Positions 15,728-22,540 of a stretch of 24,000 nt of DNA are shown one piece after another. The notes under the pieces are model-generated. The model was not told where the DNA came from, did no database searches, and saw nothing but the letters and a program-made list of their open reading frames with translations. Position numbers and translations under genes: made by a program. Within the stretch, counting starts at the first letter, position 1; each line of letters opens with the position of its first letter. Source of the stretch: an uncultured Solirubrobacterales bacterium. Lineage in GTDB: Bacteria; Actinomycetota; Thermoleophilia; Solirubrobacterales; Solirubrobacteraceae. The DNA lies in assembly GCA_963819075.1 (NCBI GenBank), contig CAWFUP010000006.1:302987-326986 (forward strand). The letters run 5' to 3'.

Positions 15728-17053
15728 TCAGGACTTCGGCGGGCGGATGCGCGTCGCAGCGCCGGCGCCGAGGCTCGGCAGGCCGTCGGCGTCGGTCTCG
15801 ATCGCGGCGACCGTCAACTCGGCGAACATCGCGGCGCGCTCGGCGTCCGCGGGACCGTAGCGCCCGCCGTCGCGCCGATCGAGCAGCGACAGCGTCCCGA
15901 TTGCCCGTCCGTCCTGGAGCAGGGGCACGACGAGCATCGTGTAGGGCACGTAGCCGGTTCCGGCGGCGATCCGCGCGGCGAAGCGCGGGTCGTTGCGGCA
16001 GTCCCCGACGGCAAGGGGCTGCCCACTCTGCAGCACGACGCCGGCCAGGCCCTGTCCAGGCGGCAGGCGCACCCCGACGATCTCATCCGACCCGGCGCCC
16101 CAGGCCGACTGATACACCAGCTCGCCGGTCGTGGCGTCGGTGAGGGCGATCGACGCCGCGGCCGCCTCGAACACGCCCGCGGCGGTGCGCACGATCGCCT
16201 CCAGCAGCTTGCGGCGCGCCGCCGGGCGCTCGAGCGAGCTGACCAGCGAGCGGCCCTCGATGTGCAGGCCGCCGCCCCCGATCGCGCGTGCGAATGCGTC
16301 CACCGACGCGACGCGGCGCTCGGGGATCATCTGCAGGCCGGCGTCGACGGCCTCCTGGATCTCCGGTGGCACGTCCTCGCGCAGCTGCGTGAGCTTCGTC
16401 GGGCTCGCGTACACGGGCGGCTCGCCGGTGAGCAGCGTCCACAGGGTGGCCGCGATGCTGAACACGTCGCTGCGCGGCGAGACCGCGCCTCCGGCGAAGA
16501 CCTCCGGTGACATGTAGCGCGGCGTGCCTACCCCGGTCGTCGCGCTGATCGTGTCATCGCCGAGCATCCGCGCGATGCCGAAGTCGACGAGCACGACCCC
16601 GTGGTTGCCGAGAATGAGGTTCTGGGGCTTGACGTCGCGATGAACGATCTGCTGCTCGTGCACGTACTGCAGGGCCTCGCAGCCCTGGCGGACGTACCCG
16701 ACGGCCTCGTCGATCGGGAGACCGGGCGATCCGCGCTCCTTGAGCAGGACGTCGAGGTCGATCCCCTCGACGAGCTCCATCACTAGGTACTGGCCGCTGT
16801 CGTCGCTGAAGTAGTCGAGCACCTTCACGACGCGTGGATGGCTGAGCACCGCGAGCAGCCGCGACTCGATCTCGAAGCGCTCGGCGTGGCGCGCGTCGAG
16901 CAGGTGCTTGACGGCGACGCGACCGGGTTCGCGGACGTCGTCAGCGCGGTAGACTGCGCCCATCGCCCCGCTCGAGATCGGCGAGCTGATCTTGTATCGA
17001 TCGCCGAGCACCAGGCCGGGTGACAGCTGAAAGCGTGTCTGATCCACGGCCAT
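15728..17053 (-). CDS. Hanks-type Ser/Thr protein kinase with a C-terminal GAF domain
   Basis: This is the internal ATG (17053) of ORF 15728..17392. Kinase motifs are SGAMGAVYRA, VAVKHL, HRDVKPQNLIL, DFGIA and GTPRYMSPE. The C-terminal stretch IALTDATTGELVYQSAWG...GQGLAGVVLQSGQPLAVGDCRNDPRF...YTMLVVPLLQDGRAIGTLSLLDR is GAF-like. TACCCT lies 7 nt upstream of the ATG. Confidence 0.85.
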   Translation of the reverse strand: MAVDQTRFQLSPGLVLGDRYKISSPISSGAMGAVYRADDVREPGRVAVKHLLDARHAERFEIESRLLAVLSHPRVVKVLDYFSDDSGQYLVMELVEGIDLDVLLKERGSPGLPIDEAVGYVRQGCEALQYVHEQQIVHRDVKPQNLILGNHGVVLVDFGIARMLGDDTISATTGVGTPRYMSPEVFAGGAVSPRSDVFSIAATLWTLLTGEPPVYASPTKLTQLREDVPPEIQEAVDAGLQMIPERRVASVDAFARAIGGGGLHIEGRSLVSSLERPAARRKLLEAIVRTAAGVFEAAAASIALTDATTGELVYQSAWGAGSDEIVGVRLPPGQGLAGVVLQSGQPLAVGDCRNDPRFAARIAAGTGYVPYTMLVVPLLQDGRAIGTLSLLDRRDGGRYGPADAERAAMFAELTVAAIETDADGLPSLGAGAATRIRPPKS

Positions 17054-17168
17054 GGCTGGGAGGGTAGCGCTCGCTCCGGTCCGGCACCAGTCGCGCAGCT
17101 GAATCGGCGGCGCCGGGCGGACGACGGCGCCCGCCCGCTCGATTAGGCTTGGCGACGGGGAATCTCGC

Positions 17169-19175
17169 ATGAGCGCTCGACGACCACGCGGTGTGCAGGC
17201 GAGCCGCAGCGCGCGCACGCGACGCGGACTGCTCGTCGCGATCGCGCTGCTGAGCGTCGCGGTCGGCATCGTCACGTACGCGACCGGGGTCCTGCACGCG
17301 CTCGATCTCGACACGATGAACGTGCGCTTCGCGGTCCGCGGGACGCAGAAGCCGCCGGCGGACATGGTCGTCGTGCGGATCGACGATCTCACGTTCAGCG
17401 ACCTGAACGCGAGCTGGCCGTTCTGTTACAGCCGCCACGCGCAGCTGATCAACGACATCGCGGCCGAGCATCCGAAGGCGATCGCCTACGACATCCAGCT
17501 GAGCGACCCGCCACATCCCGGATGCGGAGGCGAGAACGACGCCGTCGCGCTCGCCAACGCGGTGAACAATGCGAATGGCACCGTCGTGCTCGGCTGGACG
17601 GAGGATGACATCCACGGCGAGGTCAAGTTCGTTGGTGCGTCCAAGGGCCGCGAGATCCTCGCCCAGATCGGTGGTCATGCCGCGTCGACGCTCGTGCCGC
17701 CCGACCCGGGCTACGTCGACCGCCGCGTCGCCTACCAAGTCGACAACCTGCTCACGCTCGGCGTGGTCACGACCGAGGTCGCCGATCATCGTCGCGTCAG
17801 TCCGAGCGCGTTCGGCGGCGTCGACGGGACCGGGTGGATCGACTACGCCGGGGGCAATAACACGTTTCCATCGGTCGATTTCGCCGACGTGATCCAGCAC
17901 CGGCTACCGGCGGGCTTCTTCCGCAACAAGGTGGTCATCGTGGGCGCGACCGCGCCGTCGCTTCAGGATCTCCACGCGACGCCGACCGCGGCCCTGATGG
18001 CCGGTCCCGAGATCCAAGCCAACGCGATCGCCACGGTGCGCCGCGACCTACCACTGCGCTCGGTGCCCGGCTGGCTGGATGTGCTCCTGATCGTGGTGCT
18101 CGGCGCCGCCGCCCCACTCGCCGGCCTTCGCCTGACCGGATCCGGCTCTGGGATCGGCTCGGCGCTGTCGGGAGTGGCGTCCTCGATTGGGCTGGCGCTC
18201 GGCCTCGGCCTCGCCTTCCTCGTCGCGGCCCAGCTCGCGTTCGACGCCGGCCATGTCCTCTCGATCGTCTACGCGCTGCTGGCACTCGTGCTGAGCGCCG
18301 TCGCGGCGCTCGCCGTGCATCTCGTCCTCGGCGCCATGGAGCGCGAGCGGGTCCGCGATCTGTTCGCGCGCTTCGTGCCCGAGGACGTGGTCGACGAGGT
18401 GCTGGCGCGAGCCGACGGACTGCGCCTCGGCGGCGTGCAGCGCGATGCGACCGTGATGTTCACCGACCTCCGCGGGTTCACGTCGTTCGCCGAGTCGCTG
18501 ACCCCGGATCGCGTGATCGAGGTGCTCAACCGCTACCTGAGCGAGATGAGCGAGGCGATCCTCGACCATCGCGGGACGCTCGTCTCCTACATGGGCGACG
18601 GGATCATGGCCGTGTTCGGGGCCCCGATCGAGGAGGCGCGGCACGCCGACCACGCGCTGGCCTGCGCGCGCGAGATGCTGTCCGTGCGGCTGCCGCGCTT
18701 CAACGGCTGGCTGCACGACGAGGGGCTCAGCGAGGGCTTCCGGATGGGGATCGGCCTGAACTCCGGCCATGTCATGTCCGGGAACGTCGGCTCCGAACAG
18801 CGCGTCGAATACGCCGCCGTCGGCGACACGACGAACTCGGCCTCGCGGCTTGAGTCGCTCACGAAGGGCACGCCGCATCAGCTGTTCTTCTCCGAGACGA
18901 CGAAGCACGACCTGAGCGAGGCGCCGCCGGACGTGCTGTTCGTGCAGGAGGTGCAGCTGCGAGGACGTGTCGGCACGATCGGCGTGTGGACGATCGACGA
19001 GAGCCCCGGGCAGGACCGCGACGTCGCGACCGACGACGAGCATGCTGGACAAGGCGCCGCGTCAGCGACCGGACGGGACGATGCCGCCTCGCCCGCGCCG
19101 GGCGCGTTGGCGCCCGACCCGACGCCGACGGCCGTGTCCGCGCCGGAGGCCGACGATCAGCCTGAGGTCGAGTAG
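17169..19175 (+). CDS. CHASE2 sensor domain-containing class III adenylate/guanylate cyclase (membrane-bound)
   Basis: An N-terminal transmembrane helix is followed by a periplasmic CHASE2-like region (VVVRIDDLTF...VIVGATAPSLQDLHATP). Transmembrane helices follow, then the cyclase domain ATVMFTDLRGFTSFAE...YMGDGIMAVFGAP...IGLNSGHVMSGNVGS...YAAVGDTTNSASRLES. Confidence 0.9.
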   Translation: MSARRPRGVQASRSARTRRGLLVAIALLSVAVGIVTYATGVLHALDLDTMNVRFAVRGTQKPPADMVVVRIDDLTFSDLNASWPFCYSRHAQLINDIAAEHPKAIAYDIQLSDPPHPGCGGENDAVALANAVNNANGTVVLGWTEDDIHGEVKFVGASKGREILAQIGGHAASTLVPPDPGYVDRRVAYQVDNLLTLGVVTTEVADHRRVSPSAFGGVDGTGWIDYAGGNNTFPSVDFADVIQHRLPAGFFRNKVVIVGATAPSLQDLHATPTAALMAGPEIQANAIATVRRDLPLRSVPGWLDVLLIVVLGAAAPLAGLRLTGSGSGIGSALSGVASSIGLALGLGLAFLVAAQLAFDAGHVLSIVYALLALVLSAVAALAVHLVLGAMERERVRDLFARFVPEDVVDEVLARADGLRLGGVQRDATVMFTDLRGFTSFAESLTPDRVIEVLNRYLSEMSEAILDHRGTLVSYMGDGIMAVFGAPIEEARHADHALACAREMLSVRLPRFNGWLHDEGLSEGFRMGIGLNSGHVMSGNVGSEQRVEYAAVGDTTNSASRLESLTKGTPHQLFFSETTKHDLSEAPPDVLFVQEVQLRGRVGTIGVWTIDESPGQDRDVATDDEHAGQGAASATGRDDAASPAPGALAPDPTPTAVSAPEADDQPEVE

Positions 19176-21142
19176 CCGGCTGCGTGCAGTTGGCCGAGCG
19201 CGCCCGTCAGCAGCGCGCTGTCGCGCGTGATCGCGGCCGCGGCGAGGCGGTACCCGGGCGCATCGCTGCGCGCGGCCGCGTGCGAGGCGTGCGTGTAGTC
19301 GCTCGATAGGCTCGAGAGCGCCGAGGACAGGCGCGCGTTGACGCCGGTGACGGCGGGGGACAGGCGCAGGCCCGACAGCGACTGAGCGGCGGCGGAGTAG
19401 GCGCCGGAGAGCTTGGCGCTCGCGGTCGCCTGGCCACCGGGCGTTTTGGCCGCCGCGAGCGCCGCCTGAGCCGAGGAGCGAGCGCTCGATAGCGTCGTGA
19501 GCGTGCGCGTGAGCGTCGCCGCGTACGCGGCGCTCGCGCCGAGCGGGTAGGCCGTCGCGCCGACGAGGTGCAGCGTCCCGGCGATGCGCTCGCAGGTGAC
19601 CGTCTCGGCGGCGGCCGGTGGACCGCTGCAGCCGATCGTCACCACGCCGGCGGTGGTCGGGATCGCGTACAACACGAGCGGCTCGCTGGTCCCGCGGACG
19701 CTGAGGCCGGAGTAGCGCAGCGCGTCGACGCCCCCGAGGCTCACCGCGGTGGCGGACGGCGCTCCGCCGCTCAGCTCGGCGACGAAGCTGGCCGGCAGCA
19801 ACGTCGGGGTGTTGGCGCTCGACGTGCCGCTGACGAGCGTCGTGGTGGGCGCGGGCGTTGTGGGCACGAGCACGATCTCGTCGCTCAGCGCCAGACCGGG
19901 GATCGAAGACGAGGCGGCGCGCTGCCACCCGGAGGGGAAGGACAGCTCGATGACGCCGGCCGAGGCCGAGTTGGTGTAGGGCGCCGCGGTCGCGCCCTTC
20001 GAGCCGCCTCCGAGCAGCGCGCCGACGATCGCGGCGGCAACGACGACGAGGGCTCCGACGAGCACCCACGTGCCACCGCCGCGGCGCGCCCCGCTCGGCG
20101 CGGCGGCGCGTGGCGCGCCGGGTGCCGTGGCCACGGCGGCTGCGGCCGGCGAGGGGGCCGTGGCCGGCGCGCCGGGAGCGGGGAGCGCGCCGGCGCCCGC
20201 CGGTGTGCCGCCGCCGATGTCCGCCGCGGTGGCGATGCGTGTCGCCCCGGCCTGGGGCGCCGCAGCGAGCCGCGTGGCGCCGGCGTCGTCGTCGCTGGTC
20301 GCCGTGGCCGGCAGTGCTCCGAGCGCGCGGCGCGCCTCGACCATCAGCTCGCGAGCGCTCGCCGGGCGGTCGGCCGGGTCCTTGGCCATTCCGCGTGCGA
20401 CGACCTCGTCGATCGCCGCCGGCAGATCGCTGCGCATCTCGGAGAGCTTCGGGGGCGGATCGGTCAGGTGCGCGAACAGGGTGCGCTCCTCGCTGGCCCG
20501 CACGAACGGAGGCTGCCCGGTGAGGCATTCGCACAGCACGCAGGTGAGTGAGTACACGTCGCTGCTGGCGGTCGCGATCTCGCCGCGCGCCTGCTCGGGC
20601 GCGATGTAGTCGATCGTGCCGACGAAGTGCCCCGCCTCGGTCACGACGGTGCCGCCGCGGGCCTTCGTGAGGCCGAAGTCCGTCAGGTAGGCGTGGTCGC
20701 CGGCCCCGACGAGGATGTTCTGCGGCTTGACGTCGCGGTGCACGAGGCCCTTGGCGTGCGCGGCATCGAGGGCGTCGCCCATCTGCGTGAGCAGGCGCAT
20801 GCTGCGGCGATCGCCGAGCTGCCCGCTCGTGATGAGCTCCTTCAGCGTTGTGCCCTCGATCAGGCGCATGGCCAGGAACAGCAGCGAGTCGGCCTCGCCG
20901 GCCTCGTAGACCGTGACGATGTGCGGGTGGTCCAGCGCCGCCTGCAGCTGGCCCTCGCGGCGGAAGCGGTCGCGGAAGGAGATGTCGTCGCTCAGTGCCG
21001 CCGCCACCACCTTGAACGCGACCACCCGATCCAGTGACAGCTGCGTGGCGCGGTAGACGGTGCCCATCCCGCCCTCGCCGAGCGTTCCGTCGATCCGGTA
21101 GCCGGCGATGATGGTGCCGTTCTGCAGTGCTGCGAATGCCAT
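19157..21142 (-). CDS. Receptor-type Hanks Ser/Thr protein kinase: kinase domain, Pro/Ala linker, one transmembrane helix and a non-PASTA extracellular domain
   Basis: Kinase motifs are GEGGMGTVYRA, VAFKVV, HRDVKPQNILV, DFGLTK and GTIDYIAPE. A Pro/Ala-rich linker is followed by the transmembrane helix WVLVGALVVVAAAIVGALLGG and an Ala/Ser/Thr-rich ectodomain of about 280 aa. Confidence 0.9.
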   Translation of the reverse strand: MAFAALQNGTIIAGYRIDGTLGEGGMGTVYRATQLSLDRVVAFKVVAAALSDDISFRDRFRREGQLQAALDHPHIVTVYEAGEADSLLFLAMRLIEGTTLKELITSGQLGDRRSMRLLTQMGDALDAAHAKGLVHRDVKPQNILVGAGDHAYLTDFGLTKARGGTVVTEAGHFVGTIDYIAPEQARGEIATASSDVYSLTCVLCECLTGQPPFVRASEERTLFAHLTDPPPKLSEMRSDLPAAIDEVVARGMAKDPADRPASARELMVEARRALGALPATATSDDDAGATRLAAAPQAGATRIATAADIGGGTPAGAGALPAPGAPATAPSPAAAAVATAPGAPRAAAPSGARRGGGTWVLVGALVVVAAAIVGALLGGGSKGATAAPYTNSASAGVIELSFPSGWQRAASSSIPGLALSDEIVLVPTTPAPTTTLVSGTSSANTPTLLPASFVAELSGGAPSATAVSLGGVDALRYSGLSVRGTSEPLVLYAIPTTAGVVTIGCSGPPAAAETVTCERIAGTLHLVGATAYPLGASAAYAATLTRTLTTLSSARSSAQAALAAAKTPGGQATASAKLSGAYSAAAQSLSGLRLSPAVTGVNARLSSALSSLSSDYTHASHAAARSDAPGYRLAAAAITRDSALLTGALGQLHAAGYSTSG

Positions 21143-21187
21143 CGAGAGAGCCGAGCTCGATTCCGGGCGGTCGACCGTGCGGTCGGC

Positions 21188-21586
21188 CTAGCCGACGATG
21201 ACCGTGCCGCCTCCGCCGCCTCCGCCACCGCTGCCGCCTCCGCCGCCGCCTCCTCCACCACCACTCGGCGCCGAGGGGGCAGCAGGTGCCGGCGCTGAGG
21301 GCGCCGGGGCGGCGGGTGCCGAGGGGGCGGGTGCCGGCGCGGAGGGGGCCGGGGCCGAGCTGACGGGCGGGGCCACATGCACGACCGGCTTGGGGCGCAG
21401 GGCCGGCAGCGCCCCCGGCGCGGTCACGGTCGGCGTGCTCACGTGCGTGGCCGGCACGGCCACGGTGGCCGGCAGCGGCGGCACGGTGCTGGCGCTCGAG
21501 CTGCCGGAGTGACGCACGGCGAAGGCGGCTGCGAACGCGATGACGGCCACGACGAGAACGACGGCGACTCGGACCGGCGTGGTCAC
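21188..21586 (-). CDS. Small membrane-anchored Pro/Ala-rich protein with a C-terminal poly-glycine tract
   Basis: The GTG at 21586 overlaps the upstream stop in a GTGA (21583-21586), and GGAGG lies 10 nt upstream. The sequence reads VTTPVRVAVVLVVAVIAFAAAFAV (transmembrane helix), then a Pro/Ala-rich stretch, SAPAPSAPAPAPSAPAAPAPSAPAPAAPSAPS, G10-S-G8 and TVIVG. Low complexity makes this call less certain. Confidence 0.55.
   Translation of the reverse strand: MTTPVRVAVVLVVAVIAFAAAFAVRHSGSSSASTVPPLPATVAVPATHVSTPTVTAPGALPALRPKPVVHVAPPVSSAPAPSAPAPAPSAPAAPAPSAPAPAAPSAPSGGGGGGGGGGSGGGGGGGGTVIVG
21206..21365 (-). repeat. Low-complexity coding repeat: (GGN)n poly-Gly tract (21206-21262) followed by imperfect tandem repeats encoding SAPAP units
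   Basis: The plus strand reads GCCGCCTCCGCCGCCTCC... and carries the repeated unit GGTGCCGGCGC(T/G)GAGGG. Confidence 0.6.
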
Positions 21587-22521
21587 GACGGACACGCCTC
21601 CGGCTTCTTCGTGCCCGGCGCGAGGCAGCGCTGCGTCTTGGCGAAGTTGCCCCGCTCGATGCGATAGGCGATGTACGCCCCGACGCTGTTCTTCTCGGTG
21701 ACGAAGATCTTCAGCACGGCGCCGGCCGGCAGCACCGACCCGCTGAGCCCGCCGAAGTGGACGGTGCCGCCGCCCCTGCTCTGGGTTGGGCAGCCGCGTG
21801 TGCATTGCACGCTGACGTGCGCCTTCTTGGGAGCGTTGACGGTCAGCCCGACGAGCCGCACGCCGCCCGACAGCGGCTGAGCGGCGAGCGTCGCCTGCGC
21901 CTGCAGCACCGGCGTCGAGACCAGGTAGTTGAACTTCATCTCGATCTGGCCGGCTGCCGTGCCGACCCCGCCGATCTGGATCGTGTAGGCCTTGCCCGCC
22001 GTTACGTTGACGAACAGGTCCTGCTCGTTGGTCGTGCTGCTGACGACGCACTTGCGCGCGGAGTTGTTCGGCAGCAGCGTCGTCGGGCTGTACGGCATCA
22101 CGGCGATGATGTTGTCGAACGCGGCCGAGGTGACGACCTGCACGAGCCCGTTGGCGTCCGGGTAGAAGTCGTACCAGATCGTGTGCCCTTCGCTGTCCCC
22201 CTCGCAGCCGGTCAGCTCGGCGGGGCCCGGCTTGGGCGCCAGGATGTCCGACTGGACCGTGGCCGAGGTGATGTCGCGCACGTCGGTGAGCGTATCGACG
22301 CGGTCGAGCGCCGAGTTCGGCCGGTTCAGGTTGAGCGAGTTGAGGTAGTTGTCGTTGCAGGGGTTGGTGCCGGCACAGCTCGGAGCCTGCGCGACGGCGA
22401 TCGAGGTCGCGGCGGCGAGCGCGAGCGTCAGCGCCAGCACGGCCGCCACGCGGGCGGGCCGACGGCGGCCGGCGCGTCGCGCCGGCCGGTTCCCGTGGAG
22501 CTGAGCGTCCCCCTTCACCAC
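21583..22521 (-). CDS. Secreted hypothetical protein (signal peptide, two Cys-containing beta-rich domains)
   Basis: The start is taken at GTG 22521 or 22518, downstream of the antiporter stop. The signal peptide RRRPARVAAVLALTLALAAATSIAVAQA has an AxA cleavage site. Domain 1 contains GHTIWYDFYPDANGLVQVVTSAAFDNIIAVMPY, which resembles a PPC/pre-peptidase-type jelly-roll. The C-terminal domain ends in CLAPGTKKPEACPS. The exact start is uncertain. Confidence 0.7.
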   Translation of the reverse strand: MVKGDAQLHGNRPARRAGRRRPARVAAVLALTLALAAATSIAVAQAPSCAGTNPCNDNYLNSLNLNRPNSALDRVDTLTDVRDITSATVQSDILAPKPGPAELTGCEGDSEGHTIWYDFYPDANGLVQVVTSAAFDNIIAVMPYSPTTLLPNNSARKCVVSSTTNEQDLFVNVTAGKAYTIQIGGVGTAAGQIEMKFNYLVSTPVLQAQATLAAQPLSGGVRLVGLTVNAPKKAHVSVQCTRGCPTQSRGGGTVHFGGLSGSVLPAGAVLKIFVTEKNSVGAYIAYRIERGNFAKTQRCLAPGTKKPEACPS

Positions 22522-22540
22522 GTGGGATCGTACTCGAAGC

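Noticed and set aside
12259-16510. Plus-strand ORFs 12259..13629, 13849..14604, 14764..16143 and 15188..16510.
   Set aside because: Their highly basic Arg/Ala/Pro composition is typical of antisense frames. They lie opposite the DipZ, MoaA and kinase genes, all of which carry diagnostic motifs.
17169-19175. The cyclase as part of a cyclic-nucleotide antiphage system (Pycsar- or CBASS-like).
   Set aside because: It has a CHASE2 periplasmic sensor and multiple transmembrane helices, typical of signal-transduction cyclases. No adjacent effector (TIR, transmembrane-only, nuclease, or cNMP-binding effector) is present, and there are no other defence or mobile genes nearby.
22428-22521. A twin-arginine (Tat) signal on the secreted protein, and the upstream ATG at 22578 as its start.
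   Set aside because: The Arg-rich n-region (RRAGRRRPARV) lacks the S/T-R-R-x-F-L-K pattern, so Sec export is the default reading. ATG 22578 would overlap the antiporter coding region by 38 nt, and the N-terminal extension it would add does not look like part of a secreted protein.
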